From assembly GCA_965204735.1 (NCBI GenBank), contig OZ242008.1, positions 3,200,001-3,264,000 of the forward strand: 64,000 nucleotides of DNA. Reading direction: 5' to 3'. The DNA comes from Longimicrobiales bacterium (lineage in GTDB: Bacteria > Gemmatimonadota > Gemmatimonadetes > Longimicrobiales > Gaopeijiaceae). Below the pieces are notes generated by a model, which did not search any database, was not told where the DNA came from, and saw only the letters and a program-made list of their open reading frames with translations. Of the stretch, positions 16,895 through 26,811 are shown in pieces; position 1 is the stretch's first letter; each line of letters starts with the position of its first letter. The position numbers and the translations under genes were made by a program.

Positions 16895-18115
16895 TTGTTC
16901 CTGTCGACTGGGCTGCTCCTTGCGGCCGGGACAGTCGGCGCGCTCCAAGCGGGGGACGGGCCGGCGGTTGATCTTCCTGTTGCCGATCCCCTTGTCCCGG
17001 ACTCGGTTCTAGCGCTTCCCCGGGGTCCCACTCTCGTCCTCGAGCGGGCGGCGGGGCTTGCCGTCGCGGGACTCCGCATCTCGGCCCCCGTGGAACCGGG
17101 GTGGCACGGAGTCGCCCGGGCGCTGGTCGACCAAGCCCTGGAGCGGACGCGGGCGCAGGCGACGGCCATCGGCGCATCGCTGCGGGGGGGCGTCGAAGAC
17201 GGCCGGATCGCCTATCAGGTGGTGGGCGACCTTCGGGACATCGACGAACTGGCGTGGATCGCGCGGCGCCTGGCGTCGCTCCCCTCCGAAGAAGGGACCG
17301 GCGCGGCGCTGGCCCGGGAAGAGGCTCGGCTCGACCGCTTGGCGGAAACGCCGCAGGGGCGGCTCGTCCTGGAGCTGACGGAGAGCTGGTCGAAGGACGG
17401 AGGGGAACGCCGGCTTCCGGTCGTCGGGGCGAAGGAGGTGCGGGAGCTGTGGCGTCGGTCCCACGCTCGAGACCGGCTTCGCGTCTTCGTGCTGGGCGAC
17501 GTCCCCGTCCCCTGGCTCTTGGCGGACCTCTCGCGACTCGGGGCGCCGCCCCTCGAAGCCGCCGACAGCGGCGACCGATCCGGTCCCTCCGGCCTCGCGG
17601 CCTCCGGCTCTCGCCCGGCGTCCCCGCCCAAGACGCCGCTGTACGCCTGGTCGGCGGCGACGTTCAGCTTTGGGCGCACCGGGGACCCGGTCGCGACGGC
17701 CGCCGTCGAAGCCCTGCGGGCGGGGCTGGCGAAGCTTGCGGTCCCCGGCGCGGTTCTCCGCCTGCACGCGAGTCGCGAAGGCGCCGACGGATCGCTCGGG
17801 ATCACGTCGCGGGCGTGGCGGGAGGACGCCGCCGACGCCGCCTTGGCCGCGGCGCTGGCTGTGGCGACCGAGGAGAGCTTGGAGCCGTGGTGGCGGCTGG
17901 GCGTGGACGAGGCTCGGCGTCGGCTTGCGACGGCGGTCGGGACGCCCGACGGGTGGCTCGCCCTGGCAGACCGCTACTTCTCCCCGGACTCGCGGGACGC
18001 CGCTGCGTGGCCCCGGGGAGCCCTGAAGCGAATCGATTCGCTGACGACGGCCGACCTGGCCGTGGCGCTGGACCGGCTTGGCAAGACGCTCTCGCGCCCC
18101 CGGATCGACGGGTGA
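16895..18115 (+). CDS. Exported hypothetical protein, possibly degenerate M16/insulinase-like
   Basis: Signal peptide; codon usage consistent with coding; C-terminal IDSLTTADL reminiscent of M16 C-domains; no HxxEH. Confidence 0.5.
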   Translation: MFLSTGLLLAAGTVGALQAGDGPAVDLPVADPLVPDSVLALPRGPTLVLERAAGLAVAGLRISAPVEPGWHGVARALVDQALERTRAQATAIGASLRGGVEDGRIAYQVVGDLRDIDELAWIARRLASLPSEEGTGAALAREEARLDRLAETPQGRLVLELTESWSKDGGERRLPVVGAKEVRELWRRSHARDRLRVFVLGDVPVPWLLADLSRLGAPPLEAADSGDRSGPSGLAASGSRPASPPKTPLYAWSAATFSFGRTGDPVATAAVEALRAGLAKLAVPGAVLRLHASREGADGSLGITSRAWREDAADAALAAALAVATEESLEPWWRLGVDEARRRLATAVGTPDGWLALADRYFSPDSRDAAAWPRGALKRIDSLTTADLAVALDRLGKTLSRPRIDG

Positions 18116-19314
18116 GCCGGGCAACCCTCGCGGTCTTGGCCACGGCCCTCCCGGCGGCGGTGCTCGTGCTCTCTTCGCCTGTCCGGGCGGGCTTGCGCGC
18201 CGACCAGTCCGGGCCGCCGCTCCTCGTGGTCGAGAGAGCTTGGTCGCCCGCCGCCTCGGCGGTTCTGGGGCTGCCGGCCGCGCCGGGCGGCAGCGCGGCG
18301 GAGGCGCGCGCGCTCCGCGTCGCCGACCGGGCGCTCCTGGCCGCCCTGGGAGAAGCCGTTGCGGGCGCGCCGGCCCGGGTGAGGCTGGAACGGGACGGAT
18401 CCGGCCGCTACTTCGTGGCCACGACAGCGCCCGACGCCCTGGGAGAAGTCCTGCAAGCCATGCGTCGCGTCGCGGCCGGTCCTCTGCCGTCGCGTCACTT
18501 GGCAGACGCCGTCGAGGCCCTTGCCCGGGAGGCCGCTTTCCGGGACGGCTCGCCCAAGTCGGGCTTCGATTCCGTCTTCGCGTCGATTCTTTCGGACGCG
18601 GACGCCGTTCCCGGCCGACCCGCGCCCAGCGTCCGAGACTCGGCGTGGGTCGTCGTCGGGCCCGGTCCCCGGTCGCCTGCCGCCGTCGCGGGCGCCGACG
18701 CGCGGGGCGGAGACCCGCCCCGGCCGCCCGGCCTCGCCCTTCTTCGTTCCCGTCGGCGCCTCGCCCCGAGGGAACCGCTGCGCATCGAGGTTTCGGCGGA
18801 CTTGGTCACCACCTGGGTGGGCTCGGCATACCACTTCCCGAGCGGCACGACCCTCGTGCAGGCCCACTTCCTCCGCCTCGTCCTGGAAGGCTGGATCGAG
18901 TCGCTTCGCGATCCTTCGCTCTACGAGTTCGCTGCCGAGATCGACTCGTCGGGGCGCCTCCTTGTTCGCTTCTCGGCAAGCAGGGGAAGCGCCGGCGCAT
19001 GGGAAGCCCGCTTGGACGAAGCTCTCGCTTCCGTCGCCGCGGTCGCTGAAGGCGGGAGCGCCGAAGCAGGAGCGCCGAAGCCGGGCGCCCAGCGGATCGC
19101 GACCCTGATGCGTCGAGCCCGGGGCGTCTGGAGTCGGCGGATCGCCGATCCCGGGGCTTGCGCCCGAGCCGCCGCCGAAGCCCTGCTCCAGGGCGCGTCC
19201 GCCGAAGAGGCCAAGGCGTTGGTGGCGACGCCCCCGATCTCGCCGTCCTCGGCGAGCGTCGCAGGCGCCGCGAAGGGCCTCCGCCTGGCGGCGAGGGTCC
19301 TTTACGGAACTTGA
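18112..19314 (+). CDS. Exported hypothetical protein, possibly degenerate M16-like
   Basis: GTGA overlap with the previous gene; signal peptide; no catalytic motif. Confidence 0.5.
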   Translation: MSRATLAVLATALPAAVLVLSSPVRAGLRADQSGPPLLVVERAWSPAASAVLGLPAAPGGSAAEARALRVADRALLAALGEAVAGAPARVRLERDGSGRYFVATTAPDALGEVLQAMRRVAAGPLPSRHLADAVEALAREAAFRDGSPKSGFDSVFASILSDADAVPGRPAPSVRDSAWVVVGPGPRSPAAVAGADARGGDPPRPPGLALLRSRRRLAPREPLRIEVSADLVTTWVGSAYHFPSGTTLVQAHFLRLVLEGWIESLRDPSLYEFAAEIDSSGRLLVRFSASRGSAGAWEARLDEALASVAAVAEGGSAEAGAPKPGAQRIATLMRRARGVWSRRIADPGACARAAAEALLQGASAEEAKALVATPPISPSSASVAGAAKGLRLAARVLYGT

Positions 19315-19339
19315 TACCGCCCGCCCAAGTCCTTACTTT
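19311..19339 (+). promoter_or_regulatory. Putative sigma70 promoter
   Basis: TTGATA-17 nt-TACTTT upstream of the 19421 CDS. Confidence 0.6.
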
Positions 19340-19420
19340 GCTTGTCGGTTCGGTCGGCCGTCCAAGCCGCCGACGAGCCAGTCAACTGGGAGCCCTGCCA
19401 TCAGGGGGAGCAAAGTCACG

Positions 19421-20185
19421 ATGCGAAACACTTTGGGCTGGGGCTTCGCCCTCGTCGTCTCCGTGTCCCTTGGGGCTTGCGGACCGGTGGAGCTCGCGAT
19501 CGTTGCCGAGATCGAGAGCGAAGCCGGCGAAGCAACGCTCCTCGACGAGATCGAAGTCCGCCTTCTGCCCTACGACCGCGACCACGTCTTCGACTCGCTG
19601 ACTCGGGCCGCCGACGTGCCCGAGCCGGAGATTCCCCAGGACCTGCTGGAGGCGCGGGACGAGATCGCCGCGGCCCAGGAGCAGTGGCGGAACACCGAGA
19701 CTCGGTGGAACACGCTCCGGGACACCCTTGCCAAGCTGAACTCGGCGATGGAGGGACTGAACCGGGCGGAGAACCGGTACCGCGCGATCTTCAACGAGTG
19801 GTCGGACCTGAACGCGGAGTATCAGCGGGCCGAGCGGCGGGTTGCCTCCGACTTCGAGCGGTTCGAGTCGCTTCAGGCCGCTGCCATCGGCCGCATGGAC
19901 AGCATGAGGGTCGCCCGGGACAACTGGGCCGACCAGGCATACGTGGACGTGGACGCGGTGATCGGCGCCAAGATCGAGGCGTCGGGCTTGGAAGAGGCCG
20001 CCGACACCACCGACGTGGACGGCATCGCCCGCTTCGACGTGGCGCCGGGCCGGTACTGGGTCTACGCGCGCTACGAGCGCCCCTACGACGAGCTCTACTG
20101 GAACGAGGAGATCGAGGTGGCGAGAGGCGCGTCCATGGAGCTTAGGCTGACCACGGAGAACGCAGAGGTCAGGCCGATCTTCTGA
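19421..20185 (+). CDS. Hypothetical lipoprotein with long central coiled coil
   Basis: Lipobox LGAC, heptad-rich helix, C-terminal beta-rich segment; GGAG RBS. Confidence 0.75.
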   Translation: MRNTLGWGFALVVSVSLGACGPVELAIVAEIESEAGEATLLDEIEVRLLPYDRDHVFDSLTRAADVPEPEIPQDLLEARDEIAAAQEQWRNTETRWNTLRDTLAKLNSAMEGLNRAENRYRAIFNEWSDLNAEYQRAERRVASDFERFESLQAAAIGRMDSMRVARDNWADQAYVDVDAVIGAKIEASGLEEAADTTDVDGIARFDVAPGRYWVYARYERPYDELYWNEEIEVARGASMELRLTTENAEVRPIF

Positions 20186-20240
20186 CCCTTCTCCGGGAGG
20201 CCAGGGACCGAGGTTCCGGAGCCGTCGCGACGCCTCGCCG

Positions 20241-22391
20241 GTGAATCCGCGCTTTCGGATCGGGAGCGAAGGCGTCGGCCGGATCGTGTTCGACGATCCC
20301 GTCCGAAGCCACAACGTCCTCACGGAAGAGGTCATGGGACGCCTGGACGCCGTGCTGGCCCAGGCGGAGGACGCCGTCGCCCAGGGCGCCCTGCGGGCTC
20401 TGCTGGTGGAGTCCGGCAAGCCCGGTTCGTTCATCGCCGGGGCGGACGTCGACGCGATCGCCGGCGTGACCGGCGCGAGAGAGGGCATGGACGCGGCTCG
20501 GGCCGGCCAAGCCGTGTTCTCGCGGCTTGCGGGGCTGCCGGTCCCTACCGTGGCGGCGGTTCGGGGCGTGTGCCTGGGCGGCGGGGTCGAGTTGGCGCTG
20601 GCCTGCGACTGGCGGGTGGCGGCCGACGACGACACGCGGATGGGGCTCCCGGAGGTGCAGCTGGGCATCTTGCCCGCCTGGGGCGGCACGACCCGCCTTC
20701 CCCGCCTGGTGGGCCTGCGGGCGGCACTGGGGCTCGTCTTGTCCGGAAAGCCCGTCGGCGCCTCGAAATGCCGCCGGATCGGCTTGGTGGACCAGGTGTT
20801 TCCGGCGGAGCAGTTCAAGGACCGATCTATGACGTTCGCCATGGGGTTGGCGGACGGCGACGGGAGCAAGAAGAAGCGACGCAGGCCGCGGGGTCCCCTG
20901 GACCGCTTCCTGGACGGCGTTCCCTTGGGGCGCGCGGTGGTCCTGCGCATTGCCCGGAGGCAGGTCCTTCGGCGGACGGGGGGCCGCTACCCAGCGCCTT
21001 TGAAGGTGCTGGAAGTCTTGCGCAAGGGTGGTGGGCGGTCGCTGGCGGCCGGGCTGGAGATGGAGGCGCGGGCGGCGGGCGAGCTGCTGGTCTCTCCGGC
21101 GTGCGGGAACCTGCTCTTCCTCTTCCGGCTGCGGGAGCGCGCCCGGAAGGGGCCATGGGCGGACGGCGGCGTGGCGAAGCCGGCAAGGCGGCTGGCGGTG
21201 ATCGGCGCAGGGGTCATGGGCGGAGGGATCGCCCAGCTGGCGGCCTTTCGGGACATTCCCGCGCGCATGAAGGACATCCGCCACGAGGCGGTGGCCGGCG
21301 GACTCGCCCACGCCCGCGCGCTCTTCGACGGCGCCGTGAGGAGGCGGAAGCTCCGGCGACGGGATGCCGAGCGGAAGATGGCGCTCGTTTCCGGCGGGCT
21401 CGACTGGGCCGGGCTCCGGCAGGCGGGGGTGGTGGTGGAGGCGGTGGTGGAGCGGATCGACGTGAAGCGCGCCGTGCTGGCCGAGACCGAGGCGGCGATG
21501 GACCCGGAGGGCGTGCTGGCCACCAACACGTCGTCGCTGTCGGTGAACCAGATGGCCATGGCGCTGTCCCGGCCGGGACAGTTCGCCGGGATGCACTTCT
21601 TCAACCCCGTCCACAAGATGCCCTTGGTGGAGGTGGTGAGGGGAGAGGCCACGCACCCGGACACGGTGGAGACGATTGCCGCGTTGGCCGCGCGGCTGGG
21701 CAAGGTCCCCGTGGTGGTCGGCGACGGGCCCGGGTTTCTGGTGAACCGCGTTCTGGGAGTCTGCCTCAACGAAGCCGGGCACATGCTGGGTGAAGGAATG
21801 GACGCGCGGGCGGTGGAGCGCGCGTGGACGGGCTTTGGAATGCCCATGGGACCGTATCGCTTGATCGACGAAGTGGGGATCGACGTGGCCGCCCACGCCG
21901 GCGCGGCTCTGGGAGAAGCGTTCGGCGAGCGGATGAGGCCGGCGCCCGCGCTGGTGGCGCTGGCCGAGGCGGGGCGGCTGGGCCGGAAGGGGGGACGGGG
22001 CTTCTACCTCTACCGAAAGGGCAGGCAGCGCGGCTTCGACGCCGGCGTGTACGCCGACATGGGCTTGGGCGCGCCCCGGGCGCGGGCAAGCGCCTCGGGG
22101 GTGGTGGAGCGGCTGGTCTTGGCAATGGTCAACGAGGCCGGGCGGGCGCTGGAGGAAGGGATCGTGGCTTCTGCTGGGGAAGTGGACTTGGCCATGGTCA
22201 TGGGGACCGGGTTCCCGCCTTTCCTGGGCGGCCCGCTGAAGTACGCGGACGACCGAGGGACCCGGGACGTGCTCGCCGGGCTCGAGGCGCTGCGCGAACG
22301 TCTCGGCGTCCGATTCAGGCCGTGCGGCGCGGTGGCGAAGCTGGGAGCGTCGGGGCAAGGCTTCCATCAAGCGTTCCCGGCGGCGGGGTGA
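20241..22391 (+). CDS. fadJ: Fatty-acid oxidation complex alpha subunit (enoyl-CoA hydratase/3-hydroxyacyl-CoA dehydrogenase), FadJ-like
   Basis: FIAGAD, CLGGGVELALAC, PEVQLG, GAGVMGGG, TNTSSL, HFFNPV, GFLVNR. Confidence 0.9.
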   Translation: MNPRFRIGSEGVGRIVFDDPVRSHNVLTEEVMGRLDAVLAQAEDAVAQGALRALLVESGKPGSFIAGADVDAIAGVTGAREGMDAARAGQAVFSRLAGLPVPTVAAVRGVCLGGGVELALACDWRVAADDDTRMGLPEVQLGILPAWGGTTRLPRLVGLRAALGLVLSGKPVGASKCRRIGLVDQVFPAEQFKDRSMTFAMGLADGDGSKKKRRRPRGPLDRFLDGVPLGRAVVLRIARRQVLRRTGGRYPAPLKVLEVLRKGGGRSLAAGLEMEARAAGELLVSPACGNLLFLFRLRERARKGPWADGGVAKPARRLAVIGAGVMGGGIAQLAAFRDIPARMKDIRHEAVAGGLAHARALFDGAVRRRKLRRRDAERKMALVSGGLDWAGLRQAGVVVEAVVERIDVKRAVLAETEAAMDPEGVLATNTSSLSVNQMAMALSRPGQFAGMHFFNPVHKMPLVEVVRGEATHPDTVETIAALAARLGKVPVVVGDGPGFLVNRVLGVCLNEAGHMLGEGMDARAVERAWTGFGMPMGPYRLIDEVGIDVAAHAGAALGEAFGERMRPAPALVALAEAGRLGRKGGRGFYLYRKGRQRGFDAGVYADMGLGAPRARASASGVVERLVLAMVNEAGRALEEGIVASAGEVDLAMVMGTGFPPFLGGPLKYADDRGTRDVLAGLEALRERLGVRFRPCGAVAKLGASGQGFHQAFPAAG

Positions 22392-23092
22392 GCAAGGAGG
22401 CGGAAGTCAAGGCCGCGCACGAAGGTCCCGTGGCGGCCCGGCGAGTCGCCGGCGTGGTGCTGGCGGCGGGGCGCTCCACCCGGATGGGTCGGCCGAAGGC
22501 GCTTCTGGACGCCAACGGAACCACTTTCGTAAACCGCTTGGCCGCCACCCTGGCCGACGGAGGATGCGAACCGGTGATGGTAGTGGTGTCCTGCCCGGAC
22601 GGAGCCGTGGCGCGGGAAGTGGCGATGGGGCCGGGACACGCCGTGGTCAACCCCGGCGGCGCCGGAGGGCAGATCGGATCGCTCCGGGTCGCCTTGAGCC
22701 GCTTGCGGAAGCTGCCCGAGCCGCCCCTGGCGGTGGCGTTCACGCCCGTGGACAACCCCGTGGTGGCTCCGGCGACCGTTCGTCGTCTCGTTCATGCATG
22801 GCTTCGCACGGGCGCGGCCATCACCTTGCCCCGCTTTGGCGACGAACGCGGCCACCCGGTTCTGGTCGCCATGGAGATCGCCGGCGAGTTCTTTGACGCG
22901 GAGTTGCCCGAAGGCGCCAGAGGCGTGGTCCGGCGAGACCCGGACAGAGTGTTGGAGGTTGCCGTCGCCGACCCCGGCGCCGTGGACGACCTGGACACGC
23001 CCGGCAGGTACCGGGAGCGGTTCCTGGAGGGCGAGCCGGCTGGCCGGGGAGGTCGGAGAGGCGCCCCGGACGGCCGGTCGGCGACCCCTTGA
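22388..23092 (+). CDS. Molybdenum cofactor cytidylyltransferase-like nucleotidyltransferase (MocA/NTP_transf_3)
   Basis: LAAGRSTRMGRPKALL, RGHPVL, DDLDTP; adjacent to XdhC. Confidence 0.85.
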   Translation: MSKEAEVKAAHEGPVAARRVAGVVLAAGRSTRMGRPKALLDANGTTFVNRLAATLADGGCEPVMVVVSCPDGAVAREVAMGPGHAVVNPGGAGGQIGSLRVALSRLRKLPEPPLAVAFTPVDNPVVAPATVRRLVHAWLRTGAAITLPRFGDERGHPVLVAMEIAGEFFDAELPEGARGVVRRDPDRVLEVAVADPGAVDDLDTPGRYRERFLEGEPAGRGGRRGAPDGRSATP

Positions 23093-23922
23093 GCGCCGCC
23101 CCGACTCCCGCCGAAGCGGCGGCGGCGGTCTTGGCCGCCCGGAAGATGGGACGACGCATCTGCACTGCCGTGGTGACCCGCTCCGCCAGCGGCCTGACGG
23201 GCAACCGCTGCTGGATCACGGACGGCGCGTTGACCGGCTCGCTGGGGGACCCTGCCCTCGACGCCGCCGTGGCAACCGCCGTTTCGACGGTCTTCCGTGC
23301 CCAGGAGTCGTTCGGGGCGGTTCGTCGCGAGTTCGACTACGAGGACCCGGCGGGCGCCGATTGCGTCGCGACCGTGTACATCGAGCTGCACGCGCCGCCG
23401 GCCAAGCTGGTGGTCGTGGGCGCGGGACACGTGGCAGTGCCCTTGGCCCGGATGGGCGCCATGCTCGGGTTCCGCGTGGAGGTGCTGGACGACCGTCCCG
23501 AGTTCGCCGACCCCGCTCGCTTCCCCGAAGCCGCCGCCGTCCGCGTAATCGACTTTCGCGACCCCTTTGCCGCCACGAGGTTGACGCCGCCCGACCATGT
23601 CGTGCTGGTCACTCGCGGCCACCGCTTCGACTACGAGTGCCTCGCGCGCCTCCTGCGGATGAAGCGTCCGCCGGGCTACGTGGGCATGATCGGCAGCCGC
23701 CGGCGAGTTCGCGCCACGCACGAACAGCTGGCGCAGGAAGAGTTCACTCTCGAAGAAATGAAGCGCGTGCGGGCTCCCGTCGGCCTCGACCTGGGCGGCC
23801 AGACCCCCGCCGAAATCGCCGTGTCCGTCGCTGCGGAGATCGTCATGCACCGCTCCGGCGGCACCGGCGCTCCGCTCTTCCGGAAGGAGCGGGTTGCGGA
23901 GCGGTTCTTCACGCGACGCTAG
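23089..23922 (+). CDS. XdhC family Moco-insertion chaperone (Rossmann domain)
   Basis: VVGAGHVA, LDDRPEFA, TRGHRFD, YVGMIGSRRR, PVGLDLGGQTPAEIAVS. Confidence 0.9.
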   Translation: MSAAPTPAEAAAAVLAARKMGRRICTAVVTRSASGLTGNRCWITDGALTGSLGDPALDAAVATAVSTVFRAQESFGAVRREFDYEDPAGADCVATVYIELHAPPAKLVVVGAGHVAVPLARMGAMLGFRVEVLDDRPEFADPARFPEAAAVRVIDFRDPFAATRLTPPDHVVLVTRGHRFDYECLARLLRMKRPPGYVGMIGSRRRVRATHEQLAQEEFTLEEMKRVRAPVGLDLGGQTPAEIAVSVAAEIVMHRSGGTGAPLFRKERVAERFFTRR

Positions 23923-23983
23923 CGAACTTCGAGCCCGCCTTCTTCATGGGGACGCGCGGGGACCAGCTCCTCGGCGGCCGCGA

Positions 23984-25030
23984 CTAGGATGCCGCCATCT
24001 TGCGGGCCACGTCGGCGACCATGTCGCGCAGGTCCTGGGGCTCCAGCACCTCGGCGTCGGCTCCGAAACGGAGGACGTGAGCGGCCAGCCACCAGGGGTC
24101 GGCAACGCTGTGTCGGACCGTCACGCTGCCGTCGTCGTGGCTTTCCAAGGACACGCTTCGGTACGCCGCTCGCTCCTCGATCCAACGGACGACCGCGGGC
24201 GAGTAGCGCACCACGGCCTCTCGACTGCCCGGATCGAGGATCCAGCCCTCGGGGGTGCGCGTCAGGTACGCGTCGGCGTCGAACTCCTCGGGCACCGCGA
24301 AGGTCCCGTCGCAGTGATCGAGCGACAGAATCCTGTCCAGTCGGAAGACCCGCTCGGCGCGAACCGTCGTGCACTTGGCGACCACATACCAAGTCGTCTC
24401 CGAGTTCACGACCAAGTAGGGGTGAACGACCCGCCGGGACGGGGCCTCGGCCCCGGGCTTCAGGTAGCGGATGGCGCAGGGCCGACGTTCGTAGACGGCG
24501 GTCGCGAGGGTTTCGCGGATGCCCCACAGGTCGGGAGTTCGGCTGGGCAGCGCCAAGTTGGGGGTCGCGTCCGAATCCGAATCTGCGCTCTGGCTCAAGC
24601 AGCGTTCCGCGCGGCGGAGGAATGCGTCCCATGCCGTGTGGTCGCCGGCGGGCGGACCGGAGTGGTTGCCGGCGGCGGCAGTCGACGGCCCCTCGTCGTC
24701 CGCGTCGGTCATCACGCCGCGCAGGGCCAGGGCCAAGCAGAACATCTCGCGACCCGTAAGCCGGAAGGGGCGCTCCATGAAGCTGGTGTGCTCGACCTCG
24801 ACCCGACCCGACTCCATGAAGATGCGGATGTCGCCCGGCCATCCGCCGGGTCGGTACTCGTCGCGAGTGGTCAGCTCCCGCAGATCCTCCAGAATCTGCT
24901 CTTCCGTCGTATCCAGGTCCCTGGCGAGGGCGGCGACGTCGGTCCCGCCGGGCCGGCTGGCGACTGCAACGACATAGGCCAGCCGTTCGAAGCGGCTCCG
25001 GGCCGTGCTTGCGCCCGACCTACCGATCAT
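23984..25030 (-). CDS. HTH-WYL-WCX transcriptional regulator, PafC-like
   Basis: N-terminal HTH (LARDLDTTEEQILEDL), RPFRLT, RRVVHPY...WYVVA...RVFRLDRI, C-terminal WLAAHVLRFGADAEVLEP. Confidence 0.9.
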   Translation of the reverse strand: MIGRSGASTARSRFERLAYVVAVASRPGGTDVAALARDLDTTEEQILEDLRELTTRDEYRPGGWPGDIRIFMESGRVEVEHTSFMERPFRLTGREMFCLALALRGVMTDADDEGPSTAAAGNHSGPPAGDHTAWDAFLRRAERCLSQSADSDSDATPNLALPSRTPDLWGIRETLATAVYERRPCAIRYLKPGAEAPSRRVVHPYLVVNSETTWYVVAKCTTVRAERVFRLDRILSLDHCDGTFAVPEEFDADAYLTRTPEGWILDPGSREAVVRYSPAVVRWIEERAAYRSVSLESHDDGSVTVRHSVADPWWLAAHVLRFGADAEVLEPQDLRDMVADVARKMAAS

Positions 25031-26201
25031 GGGAGACGCTCCCGTCGGGGTCGAACGCGCTCCGGTCGTACTCGCCCGCCACCGACCCGGCCATCGCGCG
25101 AAACTCCTCGTGCATCTCCGGCGGGGTCACGATGCGCGCCTCTCCCAAGAGGCTCATGATCCATCGCAGGAACGCGTTCCGGTTGCGCACCCGGAAGCGT
25201 CGGAGCTGCTCGCCGCCGGGACGGAGTTCCAGAAGCTCGCCGAAGCCGTTGCGCTCGGCCCAGGACGAACGCGGAACCCTGAACAAGACGTCCGCTTCCT
25301 CCGGCTCCCTCCGCATGTCGCCGAGCTCCCACGCATTGAGGCCCGAGTAGTCTGCCAAGCGAAAGCTGGCCGGGAGGCTGAAGTCGGGCGTTCCCGGCGA
25401 TCGGGCGCCGGCGACGAGCCGGTTCATGCGCCCCACGCGAAAGATGCGGATGTCCTTCCGGTCGTCGTCGTGGCCGATCAGGTACCACTTGCCGAACTCG
25501 AAGAGGAGCCCGTAGGGACGAACCCGGCGGTCCGTCTCCTCGGGCCGGCTCATGCCCCGATACCGGAACGTCACCTGCTTCCTCCGACGGAGCGCCGCGG
25601 AGAGGCCGGCCAGCAGGTGGGACGTGGCGACGGCTTCGGGGTCCGGCGCGTAGAGCACCGGCGTGCCGGCGGGAACAGCAGGTCCCAGGTCCGTGGCCAG
25701 CTTGCGAAACGCCGAACGGGCGTCGGCGGCCCAAGGGAAGGCGGGGAGGGTGGAAATCTCCTGCAGTCCTCGCAGGGCCGCGTCCGCCTCGTGCCTGGCG
25801 AAGGCGAAGTGCAGACCCAGGCGGGCGCGGCCGGCGGTCCCGGAGGGCGAAGCGTCCGGCTCCGCCGGCCGGTCGGCTTGCAGGAGTTGCAGGACGGGCA
25901 GCCGATAGCCCGGCGCCAAGCGGTAGGCGACCACCTCTTCGGCGCCGAAGTGCTTTCTCTGCACCACCGATTCGATCGGCACCCCCAGCGACCGAAGCTC
26001 GTCCTTGTCGCGCTCGAAGGTGCGACGCACGGTCGCCTTCTGCTGCGCGCTCCCGTCGAGCCCGTGGGAGTAGGCGGGGACCTGGCTCCAGATCTCGGCC
26101 CTCTCCAGCGGGAACTGACGCTTTGCCAGACAAGCCACCAAGTCGATCCAGCGCTGGAGCTTGGTGGGCTGTCGCGTGCCCGGGTCGGATCGATCGGTCA
26201 T
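25020..26201 (-). CDS. HTH-WYL-WCX transcriptional regulator, PafB-like
   Basis: RRTFERDKDELRSLGVPI (PafB-type HTH), RRVRPYGLLF..GKWYLIGHD...RIFRVGRM, WIMSLLGEARIVTP. Confidence 0.92.
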   Translation of the reverse strand: MTDRSDPGTRQPTKLQRWIDLVACLAKRQFPLERAEIWSQVPAYSHGLDGSAQQKATVRRTFERDKDELRSLGVPIESVVQRKHFGAEEVVAYRLAPGYRLPVLQLLQADRPAEPDASPSGTAGRARLGLHFAFARHEADAALRGLQEISTLPAFPWAADARSAFRKLATDLGPAVPAGTPVLYAPDPEAVATSHLLAGLSAALRRRKQVTFRYRGMSRPEETDRRVRPYGLLFEFGKWYLIGHDDDRKDIRIFRVGRMNRLVAGARSPGTPDFSLPASFRLADYSGLNAWELGDMRREPEEADVLFRVPRSSWAERNGFGELLELRPGGEQLRRFRVRNRNAFLRWIMSLLGEARIVTPPEMHEEFRAMAGSVAGEYDRSAFDPDGSVSHDR

Positions 26202-26245
26202 CTGGCGGCTCCGTTCCTGCAAGTGAATGTGCGCAAATCCGCTTC

Positions 26246-26267
26246 AGTCTAGCAAAGGGGAGCGACA
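26246..26267 (-). promoter_or_regulatory. PafBC-type (RecA-NDp-like) promoter facing the WYL pair
   Basis: Minus strand TGTCGC-TCCCCTTTGC-TAGACT = TGTCGN-N10-TAnnnT. Confidence 0.65.
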
Positions 26268-26312
26268 CTCCCGTCCAGGCGAGTCCGGCGAGCCGCGGCA
26301 GGGCCCGGAGGC

Positions 26313-26334
26313 TGTCATACCCCCCGCCTACTTT
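26313..26334 (+). promoter_or_regulatory. PafBC-type (RecA-NDp-like) promoter facing the two lipoprotein genes
   Basis: TGTCAT-ACCCCCCGCC-TACTTT = TGTCRN-N10-TAnnnT. Confidence 0.65.
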
Positions 26335-26460
26335 GCCGCGTCTTTCCCGAACCTGGGCCAGCCGGCTTGTCGATTGCGCGACGCCAGCCGCCAACCGAAC
26401 CGGCGACGCGAACGGCAGGGCCGGGACCAACCAGCCCAACACCAGAGGAGAACGCAGCGA

Positions 26461-26811
26461 GTGAACACGAACAAGAAGACGGGCCTCTTCCTGGCGGTCG
26501 TCGCCCTGGCCTCCTGCTCGGATCCGGTGGGGACGCCCGAAGACGTCGGCGCCGTCACAGGCCTCGTCGTGATCGGCAGCGTGCCTGCGCCGAACGTGCA
26601 GGTTGCGCTGGACGGGAGCACGGTCCGATCCACCGACGCCTCCGGCAAGTACCGGTTCGTGGACCTGACCGTGGGCGACAGCTACGGAGTGGCGGTCGTG
26701 GCCAGCACGCTTCCGGAGCATGTGGAGATGCATGTGGCGGAGCATCAGGTCACGGTGCCCGAAAGCCGCGTGGCGTACGCAAACTTCTTCGGGAGCCGCA
26801 AGCAGCCGTAG
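26461..26811 (+). CDS. Small lipoprotein with carboxypeptidase-regulatory/Ig-like beta-sandwich
   Basis: GAGGAG RBS, GTG start, lipobox LASC, V.VAL...TDASGKYRF..L..G.Y pattern. Confidence 0.75.
   Translation: MNTNKKTGLFLAVVALASCSDPVGTPEDVGAVTGLVVIGSVPAPNVQVALDGSTVRSTDASGKYRFVDLTVGDSYGVAVVASTLPEHVEMHVAEHQVTVPESRVAYANFFGSRKQP

Noticed and set aside
26368..26390. Third TGTCGA element in the WYL intergenic region
   Set aside because: No TAnnnT at the required 10-nt spacing
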